Shown: in pieces, positions 18,700-28,826 of the stretch | Numbering within the stretch: position 1 is the stretch's first letter | Layout of the letters: each line of letters starts with the position of its first letter | Source of the DNA: a virus | Lineage: Duplodnaviria > Caudoviricetes | Length of the DNA stretch: 64,000 nt | Strand: one strand, 5' to 3' | IMG/VR virus record: IMGVR_UViG_3300021255_000040 | Span: 59,181-123,180 of that record | The notes under the pieces: model-generated | What the model was told of the DNA's origin: nothing | The model's database searches: none | The model's input: the letters and a program-made list of their open reading frames with translations, nothing else | Position numbers and translations under genes: made by a program

Positions 18700-20783
18700 T
18701 ATATCTAGTGACCAATCAGACTGCTTTGTTTGAGTCTGAACACTATACTACAATGTCAGTAGATGACTCCATCAAGTTGATTGAGAGTTGGAAAGCTATT
18801 CAGTTTGATACTGAGGCAGATGCTCTTGACCAGCATGTTGGACATCTATTGACTATGCAGTTTGGTTCTCCTGATGGCAAAGACCAAGTAGTTGTTGACT
18901 GTACTACTGTGAATCCTGTATTATATAAAGGTGTACTAGAAGCAAAACTCTTGATTGGTCATAATCTGAAGTATGACCTCCAGTGGCTTTATAATTATGG
19001 CATTCATCCTCTGAATGTCTATTGTACCATGATTGCAGAGCAGTTTATCTATCTTGGGTTTCCTAGTGGGGCTGTAAAGTTCAGTCTTCAGGAAGTAGCT
19101 CAGAGGTATCTAGGCATCTATATTGATAAGGAAGTCAGAGGAGAGATAAGATACAAAGGCCTGTGTGATGAGGTAATAGTCTATGCTGCTAATGATGTAG
19201 TTCATTTGTGGCCTATCATGCAAAAGCAAATAGCTATCTGTAAGGAAAGAAATGCTGTTGAAGGCTGCAAGATTGAATGCCTCTTTACTCCTGTAGTAGC
19301 TTATCTGGAATGGTGTGGTATCAAGATGGATGTAGCTAAGTGGCAAGCTAAGATGAAACAAGACCAGCTGGACTTGGAGAATTGTATCAAGGCTCTGAAT
19401 GACTACTGCATCAAGAAACCTCAACTCCAAAAATGGGTATATGTTAATACACAAGGAGATTTATTTGAGGGTTATGACCTTACACCTAAATTTGCTATTG
19501 ACTGGCAGAAGAAAGAAGCCATTCAGGTATTCAAGGCTCTTGGATTCAATGTTAGTGCAGTCAGCAAGTCTACTGGAAAAGATTCAGAATCAAAGACAGA
19601 GAAGCTGATTACCTCCCAGAAAGGTATAGATGATGAATTCCTAAGGCTCTATTATGGTAAAGGAGAACCAGAAGATGATGATTATTATCCAGGTTATAAT
19701 GGAAGTTATAAGGTTGTTACTTCATTTGGTCAAGGACATATCAATGCTATTAATCCTATCACTGGCAGAATCCATACTAACTACAAGGCTATTGGTACTA
19801 TCTCAGGCAGAATGTCTTCAGGTTCAGACCAGCCTAATGCTGATTTGGCAAAGCTCAAGAAAATTCCTGCCGAGGAGTGTAAGTATCCTAACATGCAGCA
19901 GCTACCCAAGAATGCTATGACCAGAAGCTGCTTTATTGCAGAGAAAGGTAATTTGTTCTGTTCTTGTGACTATAGTGCTATGGAGGCTCGCATTGGTGCA
20001 GATGTTTACAATGAACATAAGCTACTGGATGAATTCCTTTATGGTTCAGGTGATACTCATGCTGCTTATGCTAAGGCTGTATTTGCTAAGGAACTGGAGG
20101 GTATTGATACCAAAGACATCAAGAAGAAGCGTCCTGACCTCAGAAGTAAAGTAAAGTCTGTAGAATTTGCTGTGCAGTTTGGTAGTGATGGTACTGCTGT
20201 TGCTCCTCAATTAAAAATTTCAGTAGAGGAAGCTAGACAGTTGGTAGTAAACCTGATGAATGGTATGACAGGACTGAAGTCCTTCAAGGAGAAATGGTCT
20301 AAATTTGTACTGGATCATGGCTATATGATTATCATGCCTCAGACTGGACACAAGAGCTATTGGCATGATTGGGAACATTGGAAGGAAGTACAGACATCTT
20401 ATACCAGAGAGTTTTGGGATAACTATAAGCAGCATCACAAAGGAACTGGTGATGATGTATGTAAACAAGTGAAGGAACACTTTCAAGCTAAATCCAAATG
20501 GTGTGACCGTATGAGCTTGAACCTGCCAACTCAAGGTGGAGGAGCCATTGTTCTAAAAGAAGCTGCTACTGCCTTGTATCATTGGGTTATTGATAATGGT
20601 TACTGGGGAAAGATTCTCTTTGTGAACTTTACTCATGATGAGATTAACTCTGAATTCCCTGAAGAACTGAAGGACATCTATCCTAATGTGGTAGCCCAAA
20701 TTATGCAGGATGCAGCAGCTAAGTATTATCATAAGCTCCCAATTCCAGCAGTTCCTGAAGTTGGTTCGCACTGGATCCACTAA
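18696..20783 (+). CDS. polA: DNA polymerase family A with 3'-5' exonuclease
   Basis: Exonuclease motifs FDTE, HNLKYD and YAAND; SGRMSS; PNMQQLP; motif A DYSAMEAR; motif B RSKVKSVEF; motif C HDEI. Confidence 0.95.
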   Translation: MIYLVTNQTALFESEHYTTMSVDDSIKLIESWKAIQFDTEADALDQHVGHLLTMQFGSPDGKDQVVVDCTTVNPVLYKGVLEAKLLIGHNLKYDLQWLYNYGIHPLNVYCTMIAEQFIYLGFPSGAVKFSLQEVAQRYLGIYIDKEVRGEIRYKGLCDEVIVYAANDVVHLWPIMQKQIAICKERNAVEGCKIECLFTPVVAYLEWCGIKMDVAKWQAKMKQDQLDLENCIKALNDYCIKKPQLQKWVYVNTQGDLFEGYDLTPKFAIDWQKKEAIQVFKALGFNVSAVSKSTGKDSESKTEKLITSQKGIDDEFLRLYYGKGEPEDDDYYPGYNGSYKVVTSFGQGHINAINPITGRIHTNYKAIGTISGRMSSGSDQPNADLAKLKKIPAEECKYPNMQQLPKNAMTRSCFIAEKGNLFCSCDYSAMEARIGADVYNEHKLLDEFLYGSGDTHAAYAKAVFAKELEGIDTKDIKKKRPDLRSKVKSVEFAVQFGSDGTAVAPQLKISVEEARQLVVNLMNGMTGLKSFKEKWSKFVLDHGYMIIMPQTGHKSYWHDWEHWKEVQTSYTREFWDNYKQHHKGTGDDVCKQVKEHFQAKSKWCDRMSLNLPTQGGGAIVLKEAATALYHWVIDNGYWGKILFVNFTHDEINSEFPEELKDIYPNVVAQIMQDAAAKYYHKLPIPAVPEVGSHWIH

Positions 20784-20795
20784 ACTATTAACACT

Positions 20796-20984
20796 ATGCC
20801 AAAGATTATGTTTATGACAAAAGCAGAGGTTGACTCACTGAAGGAATTCTGTGATGAGAACCTTGCTGTAGGACAAGTAGAAATCACTCAGTCACACAGC
20901 TCTGGTATTGGTATTATCACCAAAGTACAGGTGAAAGACCTACCAGAGACTCTGACTGATATAACAGACATTGATTCGTGGTAA
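20796..20984 (+). CDS. Small hypothetical protein
   Basis: Packed ORF. Confidence 0.6.
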   Translation: MPKIMFMTKAEVDSLKEFCDENLAVGQVEITQSHSSGIGIITKVQVKDLPETLTDITDIDSW

Positions 20985-20985
20985 T

Positions 20986-21225
20986 ATGGAATTTATAAGA
21001 AGCATTAGAGAAAAATCCCAAACCAAGGCTATAGAGAATCTTGAGAAGATGGCTGAAGAGATAATTACTGTCAGGGACTTTGACAGCAGTCTCTTCATTG
21101 CCTATAATGGTACTCCCTTAGCCCCTATTGATGAATCATGGACTACTAAGGAGATAGTCCAGCAGCTCTCTATCTTCAGGCACAACTACATCAACTCCAA
21201 GAAGAAGGAGCAGGGTTTAGCCTAA
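20986..21225 (+). CDS. Hypothetical protein
   Basis: ATG two nucleotides after the previous stop. Confidence 0.6.
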   Translation: MEFIRSIREKSQTKAIENLEKMAEEIITVRDFDSSLFIAYNGTPLAPIDESWTTKEIVQQLSIFRHNYINSKKKEQGLA

Positions 21226-21261
21226 GATTATAAATGTACAATATAATAATGTAGAAATATT

Positions 21262-21729
21262 ATGCTGATAGAAGTAAAAGTTAAGGTCACTAGAGTCATT
21301 GACAATAAGACCAGAAAGAGAACAGAGACTTGTGTTTTAGATAAAGAGCTGTTCTCAGAGGCTGAGTATGCAGTAATGAATAGTTACACTACTGAACAAG
21401 AAGAAGGTTTAATTGATAACTTTGAGATTCAGTCTTTAAAGATTTCACCTATCAAGGAGATTTGCACCCAGTGGCTTCAGGATTATACCCTTAGTGGTTA
21501 TCCTGCCTTCCTTGCCACTTTGAAGGACATTTGGCTGGATGATGATGGTACAGAGAAGGCTCTAAAATACAAAGTCCTGCTCTGGGCAGAAAACCTTACT
21601 CAGGCTAATCAGAGAGTTCAGCAGTTAGCCCGTGAAGGTTATGACATGCAGATTGAAGGCATCAAACAGGTGGACTATGAGTACTTGGTTGAACAACTTA
21701 ATCATATAGAGGAGACAGAGAATGACTAA
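21262..21729 (+). CDS. DUF4494-like Bacteroidota protein
   Basis: E.KVK...FSEAE...DDDGTEK...LLWA pattern. Confidence 0.65.
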   Translation: MLIEVKVKVTRVIDNKTRKRTETCVLDKELFSEAEYAVMNSYTTEQEEGLIDNFEIQSLKISPIKEICTQWLQDYTLSGYPAFLATLKDIWLDDDGTEKALKYKVLLWAENLTQANQRVQQLAREGYDMQIEGIKQVDYEYLVEQLNHIEETEND

Positions 21730-22138
21730 ACAAGAAGTTCTTAATAAGACATGGTATAAACTTAGAGATGCCATTGGCAATTCTAAACAATTAAATCAGT
21801 TAAGCCCTCTTCTGATGGAAATGAAAGCTGCAATAGATTTAGAAGAAGCACCAAAGGATGAGAAGGCTTCTGATACCCATAAGAGACTTTTTAATCCCGA
21901 AGGAAATGATGATATGGTAAATAACCCTGGTCACTATCAGTCTATGGTTGCAGACTTAAACATTGATTGTATCACAGCAATGAGAGCAGCTTTTGGAAAC
22001 TATGAGACTGCTGTATTCTGCAAGCTCAATGCCTTCAAATATGTATGGAGAGCATCTTCTAAGAATGGTAATGAAGACATTGATAAAGCTTCATGGTATT
22101 TGAATAAATACAGGGAACTTGGTGGTGAAGATCAATAG
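21722..22138 (+). CDS. DUF3310 (T7 gp1.7 nucleotide kinase-like) protein
   Basis: DMVNNPGHY, IDCI and NAFKYVWRA..KNG.EDIDKASWYL. Confidence 0.85.
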   Translation: MTKQEVLNKTWYKLRDAIGNSKQLNQLSPLLMEMKAAIDLEEAPKDEKASDTHKRLFNPEGNDDMVNNPGHYQSMVADLNIDCITAMRAAFGNYETAVFCKLNAFKYVWRASSKNGNEDIDKASWYLNKYRELGGEDQ

Positions 22139-22141
22139 CCT

Positions 22142-22702
22142 ATGAAACAGGAAGAAACCATAGAATTAACTATCTCTGATTTCCCTCAAGACGTTACACC
22201 TCAACAAGACAAGAAAAACTATTATAATCCTGTCAATGAATACACTATGGAGGGTGTATATGTCAAGACTTACAAGAGTCCTACAGCTGCTGCTAGAGCA
22301 TTAGGTATAAGTTCAGCTACAGTCAAAAGCTGTTGTAGAGGCAGTGTTCTCTATACCGTCAAGTATGACAGGATATTCCTTTATAAAGGTGCTAGCATTA
22401 AGCAGAGACTAAAGGCTATCATGGAAGCTGAAAACAACAGAATAAGACCTATTGCCTTTACTATTGATGTCTATACCAAGAAGGGAAAGCTCATCACTAC
22501 CTGCCCAAGTATTGTTAAAGCTCATGACAAATACGGTATAGCTATAGCAAACATCAGGAAGTGTTGTACAGGAGAAAGATTGTTCATCAAGGATAAAATC
22601 TTCCTGTTCATGGGTAGTGACATCAAAGAGAGACTAAAGCTTATCAAGCAGAAAGAAGAGCTTGATGCTGCAATTGAAAAAGAAATTTTAAAACAAGGTT
22701 AA
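22142..22702 (+). CDS. Tandem NUMOD1 DNA-binding protein with no nuclease domain
   Basis: Two repeats Y...G..V.T..S...A...GI....V..CC.G....IFL..G..IK.RLK.I. Confidence 0.7.
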   Translation: MKQEETIELTISDFPQDVTPQQDKKNYYNPVNEYTMEGVYVKTYKSPTAAARALGISSATVKSCCRGSVLYTVKYDRIFLYKGASIKQRLKAIMEAENNRIRPIAFTIDVYTKKGKLITTCPSIVKAHDKYGIAIANIRKCCTGERLFIKDKIFLFMGSDIKERLKLIKQKEELDAAIEKEILKQG

Positions 22703-22704
22703 CT

Positions 22705-23178
22705 ATGACAGAAAAACGAGTTGAACATAAGACTTATGAAACTTTCTATGTAGCAATAGATGGTACAGAGTTTAGAGATAAAGCAGAGTGTGAGAAATAT
22801 GAGCAGACAGCTCATGCAGTAGTAAGACAGAAGTTCCTGAAGTTGGTAATTGCTGATAAGACAGAGTATGACTTTTTCCATGTAGGTAGTGATGACACTA
22901 CAGTCTATGCTGTGAAAATGGACTCTCAGGAAGAGGCAGACACAGTGCTTCAGCTTTATTTCTTGGATAATCCCTATGCCCTGCGTGATGAAGAAAATCC
23001 TAAAAAGTATAAGGAGGAAGCACTTAATATGGTGAACACTGCTTATCAGGAGCAGGATATTCTTTTCGTTGGTGAGAACTATGAGGGAGAAATCTTCCTG
23101 ATTAACACTCGTGCTAATATCATTGAGGATTTGCAGATGATTGACCAACCCAAACAAGAGGAGAAAAAAGATGCATGA
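22705..23178 (+). CDS. Hypothetical phage protein (DGTEF...C.KYE motif)
   Basis: Packed ORF. Confidence 0.65.
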   Translation: MTEKRVEHKTYETFYVAIDGTEFRDKAECEKYEQTAHAVVRQKFLKLVIADKTEYDFFHVGSDDTTVYAVKMDSQEEADTVLQLYFLDNPYALRDEENPKKYKEEALNMVNTAYQEQDILFVGENYEGEIFLINTRANIIEDLQMIDQPKQEEKKDA

Positions 23179-23614
23179 AAGTGGATATTACCCTCCAGGT
23201 GCAGAGTTTGATCCAAACGCACCTTATAACCAATCAGATATACCAGAAGAAGAGTTTGAAGTAACCTGTTCTCAGAGTCTTAGCAGGACTGCCTCAGTAT
23301 GGACTAATAACTATATTCCAGGAGCTTCTGGTGTAGATTATGAGCCTGACGATGAAGGAGGATGCTATGCTGTAGGCTGGCATGATGATCCTGATACCTC
23401 TGATACTAATTGGGCAGAAGAGTACCATGATAATGACCACTATACTCCTATTCAACTAATTGGACTGTATAAAGAAACTCTTAAAGAGCAACTTAAAAGT
23501 TGGGAAGGTATGGATGAAATTCCTAGTGCTAAAGCTCAAATTAGAAGAATAGAGCATCTAATCGAGGAGTGTGAAGGCTGGACAGAAGACGAAACTGAAT
23601 ATGTGGAGAATTAA
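23171..23614 (+). CDS. Acidic hypothetical protein (YPPGA..DPNAPYN motif)
   Basis: Start at the ATG at 23171, overlapping the previous gene. Confidence 0.65.
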   Translation: MHESGYYPPGAEFDPNAPYNQSDIPEEEFEVTCSQSLSRTASVWTNNYIPGASGVDYEPDDEGGCYAVGWHDDPDTSDTNWAEEYHDNDHYTPIQLIGLYKETLKEQLKSWEGMDEIPSAKAQIRRIEHLIEECEGWTEDETEYVEN

Positions 23615-23617
23615 GCT

Positions 23618-23875
23618 ATGATGACTGTAATTATGTGTATAATGGCTATCTTAGCTGTCTTTGTTGTTTTTCTGTTTGTTAATATATTGATAGGATGGGT
23701 GCATTTCAAATACTTTAGAAAATGCCCCTACTGCCATAAGAGGATGCACTATCAGTACAAAAGATTAGATAGGGACGGTGACACTGAATGTTATGTCTTT
23801 CATTGTCCTCATTGTGGGGCTTTTGAAAATGTCACACCAATAGAAATGTTAAGAGAAGAGTATGATACTAAATGA
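23618..23875 (+). CDS. Membrane-anchored zinc-ribbon protein
   Basis: N-terminal hydrophobic helix; CPYC and CPHC. Confidence 0.65.
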   Translation: MMTVIMCIMAILAVFVVFLFVNILIGWVHFKYFRKCPYCHKRMHYQYKRLDRDGDTECYVFHCPHCGAFENVTPIEMLREEYDTK

Positions 23876-24293
23876 GAGAGGAATTCTCAAGGAGTTTGAT
23901 CTGGTCATCTATCCTGTGCAGCTTGTGTTTGCTTTGGGGGACTTTGAGAAGGAGATTAATCAGAGGTATAAACCCTATGATGAACACTTTAACTACATTG
24001 GCTTTCCTAAGAACAATCCTGCTGCTACATTTAATATAAAGGTAAAGAAGACTGGTGATGTGGCCTGTATGATATGGATTCCTAATACTAATGAGGTGAA
24101 AGGTTCCTACATCTCTCATGAAGCAGACCATGTAGCCTTGGAGATATTCAAGTACATTGGTGCTCATATAGACTATGATGACCAAGAGCCTTTCTGCTAT
24201 CTGCAAGGAGCCATCTTCAGACTCTGTAACAATGCCTTCTATCACTGGAAGGACTTCTGTGACAAGAAAAGTAAAACAACTAAAAAGAAATAG
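23862..24293 (+). CDS. Small zincin-like (HExxH) protein
   Basis: SHEADH and a downstream QEPFCYL. Confidence 0.6.
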   Translation: MILNERGILKEFDLVIYPVQLVFALGDFEKEINQRYKPYDEHFNYIGFPKNNPAATFNIKVKKTGDVACMIWIPNTNEVKGSYISHEADHVALEIFKYIGAHIDYDDQEPFCYLQGAIFRLCNNAFYHWKDFCDKKSKTTKKK

Positions 24294-24295
24294 CT

Positions 24296-24643
24296 ATGTA
24301 TTTAAAAGACGGACGTGAGATTATTGAGAGTGACAAGTATCCTGGTTACTTCATTGACCAGTCAAATGGTGCTTGGTGTGATGAAGAAGGTAACTATGTA
24401 GGAGGCATTGCTGATGATGGTGATGCCCCAGGCAAGGGACACAGCATGATACTGGATGTCCCTGACATTGTGTTTATCAGCAAGACTGGCAAGCAGTATT
24501 ATCCCAAACCCAACAAGACTGCCACTACTCCCATTGACAAGGACAAGGCAGACCAGAAGGGCTACAAGCCATCAGCAGGCTACTGCAAGTTTGTGGAGAA
24601 ACTCTACAAGAAACACATGAAGGCTATGAACAAAAAGAAGTGA
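24296..24643 (+). CDS. Hypothetical protein with VFISKTGKQY...GYKP module
   Basis: Packed ORF. Confidence 0.6.
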   Translation: MYLKDGREIIESDKYPGYFIDQSNGAWCDEEGNYVGGIADDGDAPGKGHSMILDVPDIVFISKTGKQYYPKPNKTATTPIDKDKADQKGYKPSAGYCKFVEKLYKKHMKAMNKKK

Positions 24644-24990
24644 ATCCTATGAGTGACATCCTAGAAGACCAAAAGATACACTACATAGTTAAGGACTATC
24701 GTAGGATGTACAATCAGCATGGAGAACTTGTCAAGGAGCTGAAGAGGCTACAGGATGAAGCACTCCATAAGGACAATAGGATTAGAGACTTGGAGCGTCA
24801 GGTGGAGAATTTGAAGAATCAAACTCCTCCTGAGCCTCCAGCTCCAAAGATTCCTAAGGATGTTAAGAGGCTGCTCAGTGAGACACAAGTCACCATTGAT
24901 GCTTCTATGCATAAACTTGAGAAAAGAATTGCTGCTTTGACCACAGCCAGTGAAAACATAGCAACAGTCAAAGAACTACTAAATCAATAA
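24640..24990 (+). CDS. Coiled-coil hypothetical protein
   Basis: Packed ORF with GTG or ATG start. Confidence 0.6.
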   Translation: MNPMSDILEDQKIHYIVKDYRRMYNQHGELVKELKRLQDEALHKDNRIRDLERQVENLKNQTPPEPPAPKIPKDVKRLLSETQVTIDASMHKLEKRIAALTTASENIATVKELLNQ

Positions 24991-25006
24991 CATTTTAATT
25001 CATAAC

Positions 25007-26074
25007 ATGACACCAGTACAAATAGCTTACTTTAAGCATTTCCTGTATGATGCAGGACTGAATAAGATGTATGTCTATAGGTATAGGCATTACCGTCTTA
25101 AAGATGAAGGAGATATGCCTGGCAATCCTGAGAGCCTAGAGAAATTCTTCCTTGATATTCCTTACCATAAGGCATTAACGAAAGCTTTTTATATGCAGCC
25201 AGGTTCTATGTATGGTATTGACTTCTGGAAAGAACAGGAGAAAAAATGGAAGAAATACTGGGAAATACATGAGGATAATATTAACAACTCTAACTACATC
25301 AATCTCAAACAATCTTTTTCTATCCTCCGTCAGAATTGGGATAAGCCTCAGTTCTGGAAGTCAGAGAACCTTGACTCTCCTGAAGAGACTTATAAGCGTA
25401 TGGGCATTGAGCCTCCTATTCCTCTTGACTCTGCTTCCACTTTATGTAAGTTCAAGGTAGGTGACATTATCCAGAGTCATATTTCTGATGAGGTACAGAC
25501 TATCACTGCCATTATTGCTGAAGGCTATGAGCTGGAAGATGGTGGCATTGTAGAGTTTGACAAGGAGAAATACTGGATGAAGATTGGTGAGAAGCCTGAT
25601 GCCATAGATGAAGAGAAGGAGACTCTGCCAAATGCTGATGATTTCTCAGGAGTACCAGAGTATGATGATGACTTGGAGTTCTTTGAGGTCAGCTCTGGTA
25701 GCAGAAGCAAGAGCACTCGCTTGAAGGCTAACCAAGCCAGTCTTAACTTCCGTAGCAACAGTAACAAGCTTTCCTTCAATCAGGAGGCTACCAAGAAGAT
25801 TAAGAAGAATGGCTATAAATATGTCCGCTTGGCTAAGAACAAGCAGGGAGATATTGTAGTTCAGCTTCATAAGCAAGAACTGCCAATACCTAATCCTGTT
25901 AATATATGTTTCAGCACCAACAGTGATGGCAGGACAGTCAATGCCTGCATCAACAGTAAAGACCTATGTGGTAAACTGAAGACTCTGCTTAATCTCTCAG
26001 GTGACTACTTTGTCCTGAAGATAGAAGAACTCTATATGGATTATGAAAAGGCAAACTATAAAATCAGCAAGTAA
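25007..26074 (+). CDS. Multidomain hypothetical protein
   Basis: 355-aa ORF; central SH3-like FKVGD segment, acidic linker and basic C-terminal domain. Confidence 0.65.
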   Translation: MTPVQIAYFKHFLYDAGLNKMYVYRYRHYRLKDEGDMPGNPESLEKFFLDIPYHKALTKAFYMQPGSMYGIDFWKEQEKKWKKYWEIHEDNINNSNYINLKQSFSILRQNWDKPQFWKSENLDSPEETYKRMGIEPPIPLDSASTLCKFKVGDIIQSHISDEVQTITAIIAEGYELEDGGIVEFDKEKYWMKIGEKPDAIDEEKETLPNADDFSGVPEYDDDLEFFEVSSGSRSKSTRLKANQASLNFRSNSNKLSFNQEATKKIKKNGYKYVRLAKNKQGDIVVQLHKQELPIPNPVNICFSTNSDGRTVNACINSKDLCGKLKTLLNLSGDYFVLKIEELYMDYEKANYKISK

Positions 26075-26241
26075 TGGAGAAATTAGCTATTATGGACTAC
26101 ATCAACCATGAGGTTCACTTGTTTGATGTAGATACTGACCGCAGAATAGAGCTTAGTGAACTTGGCTTCAGAGACTCTGACTGCCATTATATGTTTGGAG
26201 AGGATATTAAAGTTGTTGAACATAAAGAAGTGATAAAATGA
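26074..26241 (+). CDS. Small hypothetical protein (55 aa, MEKLAIMDY...)
   Basis: Fills the gap exactly, with TAATG and ATGA overlaps at either end; below the ORF-track cut-off. Confidence 0.7.
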   Translation: MEKLAIMDYINHEVHLFDVDTDRRIELSELGFRDSDCHYMFGEDIKVVEHKEVIK

Positions 26242-27143
26242 AACTGATACAACCAAAAGCAGAACTGCTTCCTTGGACTCCTGGAGTTGAAGGAGTATAT
26301 AAAATGATAGAGTTAGCAGGCAGAACTTGCTACAAGTCCACAGATAAGATTACTGAGGATAGTGCTAAACCTTTTGTAGATAGGATGATTGCAAGTCATC
26401 ATACTGCAATGCTGGAGCATGGGACAGTGTATCTCTATGACAAAGATTGGAATGGCAGTCCTCTTGAGAAATATAAGAGAAACAAGTATTCTAAATATAG
26501 TGACAATTATCTTGAGAAGGAGGTTTGTCAAGGTGATACAGATTACCTGTATGAGTACTTTGTTACTACTAATCTAAGAGTTCTTGTTGAGAACAATTGG
26601 TTGGATGACCTTAAGTATGTATGTGACCCGACAGAATTTCACGAAATGAGATATTCCTTCAAACTGACAACATCTATTGGAGTAACTAGAGAGCTTAATA
26701 GACATAGAGTAAATTCAATTGCAGAGCAGAGCACAAGATACTGCAATTACTCAAAGGATAAGTTTGGTAATGAGGTTAAATTTTGTATTCCTGAGTGGTG
26801 CCACTCTCTACAAGAGGATGTATTGAGCTATTCTCCTTTTGAAATTACATCTGAAGAAGCCATGTTTATGGATTCTATCTTTAGAGCAGAAAAGGGTTAT
26901 ATGTCTTTGCTTGATAAGGGTTGGTCTCCACAGCAAGCAAGAGAAACCTTACCTCTCTGTACAGCAACCGAGATAGTTCATACTGCATTTGCCTCTAACT
27001 GGAGACACTTCTTTGACCTTAGACTCTTTGGTAAAACAGGTGCTCCCCATCCTAACATGTTGCAGCTTGCCACTCTCATGAAGGAGGAAGCAGAGAAGCA
27101 AGGCATCTGGAATGACATTATGAGTAAACCCTCAAAGTTTTAG
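26238..27143 (+). CDS. thyX: Flavin-dependent thymidylate synthase
   Basis: GRTCY, HTAMLEH, RELNRHR..SIAEQSTRY and ARETLP. Confidence 0.93.
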   Translation: MKLIQPKAELLPWTPGVEGVYKMIELAGRTCYKSTDKITEDSAKPFVDRMIASHHTAMLEHGTVYLYDKDWNGSPLEKYKRNKYSKYSDNYLEKEVCQGDTDYLYEYFVTTNLRVLVENNWLDDLKYVCDPTEFHEMRYSFKLTTSIGVTRELNRHRVNSIAEQSTRYCNYSKDKFGNEVKFCIPEWCHSLQEDVLSYSPFEITSEEAMFMDSIFRAEKGYMSLLDKGWSPQQARETLPLCTATEIVHTAFASNWRHFFDLRLFGKTGAPHPNMLQLATLMKEEAEKQGIWNDIMSKPSKF

Positions 27144-27147
27144 TAAT

Positions 27148-27756
27148 ATGGGAACTAATTATTATGCACGTATTCTTCCTACAAAGGAAAGAAAGAAGGA
27201 GCTTCATGATGCCATTGAAACCAATGACTTTCCTTTGGTTAAGAAACTATCTGATGAACTATATGGCAGAATAGAACTTGACTATGACACTCATGAGATT
27301 GTGGGAGGAGAAGTTCATTTAGGTAAACTCTCTCACGGCTGGAAGTTCTTGTGGAATCCTAATGTCTTTGTAATAAGGCAAGGACACTTAGAGGATGGGC
27401 CTACAGGTAGAAGATATGTATTAGACCCAAGTATCCCAAAGTATCTCTATCCTCTCACTAAAGAAGGTATCAGGAAGTTCATTGACAGAGAAGATGTGAT
27501 GGTTATTGATGAATATGGTGAGGAACAGGATAAGGAAGAGTTCTGGAAAGATGCTCTTGAATGGGGACAGTCTGATGGATGGGATGCTGCTAGTTATGAA
27601 GAATATGAAAGAAAACACAGTAACTATACCCAGTATCCTGTCACAGGAGAACTTACAGACCTACTCAAGCAGGAAGGCTACAAGTTCACTTCTCGCAGTA
27701 ACTCAGACTTCTATTCAGATGGTTTAAGATTCGCAGGATTTACAGATTTTAGTTAA
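27148..27756 (+). CDS. Conserved phage hypothetical protein (MGTNYY...HLGK.S.GW.F)
   Basis: Recognisable phage motif; packed ORF. Confidence 0.65.
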   Translation: MGTNYYARILPTKERKKELHDAIETNDFPLVKKLSDELYGRIELDYDTHEIVGGEVHLGKLSHGWKFLWNPNVFVIRQGHLEDGPTGRRYVLDPSIPKYLYPLTKEGIRKFIDREDVMVIDEYGEEQDKEEFWKDALEWGQSDGWDAASYEEYERKHSNYTQYPVTGELTDLLKQEGYKFTSRSNSDFYSDGLRFAGFTDFS

Positions 27757-27758
27757 AT

Positions 27759-28130
27759 ATGAATACCAGTAGCATTATGCGTGGAGACTGGCTCTTCTAC
27801 AAGGGAAGGTTCAATGCCTTCCCTTTCAAAGTAGAGCAAATCACTAAGAAAAAGATAGGCTATCATGTATTGCCTAATGAAAACAGAATGTACTATCTCA
27901 GACCTAATGAGGTGTTTCCTATCCCTTTGACTGAAGAGATTCTAACTAGAAATTTCCCAAATCATAAGGAGATTGTTTGGTTCCCTCTTGATACAAAACC
28001 TGGGTATTTCAACATTTATTGGGAGCATCCTTCCTTTGGCGATGGAGAACTCAGACTGAACATCCAATATGTGCATGAGTTGCAGCATATCCTCAAGCTA
28101 TGTAATATTAATAAGGAGATTGAACTGTGA
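27759..28130 (+). CDS. Bacteroidota phage hypothetical protein (PIPLTEEIL...YVHELQH)
   Basis: Packed ORF. Confidence 0.65.
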   Translation: MNTSSIMRGDWLFYKGRFNAFPFKVEQITKKKIGYHVLPNENRMYYLRPNEVFPIPLTEEILTRNFPNHKEIVWFPLDTKPGYFNIYWEHPSFGDGELRLNIQYVHELQHILKLCNINKEIEL

Positions 28131-28210
28131 CTTATGGGATTAGCATTTGCAAGGAAATTAAAGCAACATTGGACTAGTAAGCATGGTATAATGGTTAAAT
28201 AATAAATTAT

Positions 28211-28798
28211 ATGGAGCAACAAGAAATATGGAAAGATATTGAAGGCTATGAAGGTTTGTATCAAGTAAGTAATCTTGGTAGACTAAGAGGCTTAGACCGA
28301 TTAGATAGTAGAGGACATAAGGTAACTGGTACTATTTTAAAGTTACATTACAACAAGGATGGTTACTATATAATAACTTTGGGTAAAGACACTATCCAAA
28401 AGGCATATCAGGTACATCGCATTGTTGCAAAAACATTTATTCCCAATCCTGATAACCTGCATACTGTTGATCATATCAACGGTGTTAGGGATGATAACAG
28501 GATTGAGAATCTTCGATGGTGTACAATACAGCAGAACAATTCATTCCTACAAGCTAGAACTAATGTTTCTAATGCACAGAAGAGAAGATTCATGGATCCT
28601 GTTGCAAGGCAAAAAGTAGGTAATCGTACTAAAGCCATAGACCAAATTTCTGAAAATGGCACTATACTTAAACATTACAATAGTATCAAAGAGGCTGTGC
28701 AGGAACTTCATATAACCTCTTCTAACATCTCTGCTTGTTGTAAAGGTAGATATAAGCAAATCAGAGGCTACAGATTTAAGTATGCCAATGGCATATAG
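28211..28798 (+). CDS. Free-standing NUMOD4-HNH-NUMOD1 homing endonuclease
   Basis: EIWKDIEGYEGLYQVSNLG; HRIVAKTF; VDHINGVRDDNRIENLRW. Confidence 0.9.
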   Translation: MEQQEIWKDIEGYEGLYQVSNLGRLRGLDRLDSRGHKVTGTILKLHYNKDGYYIITLGKDTIQKAYQVHRIVAKTFIPNPDNLHTVDHINGVRDDNRIENLRWCTIQQNNSFLQARTNVSNAQKRRFMDPVARQKVGNRTKAIDQISENGTILKHYNSIKEAVQELHITSSNISACCKGRYKQIRGYRFKYANGI

Positions 28799-28826
28799 GA
28801 CATAGTAAACCTAAAAAGAAGAAGAA

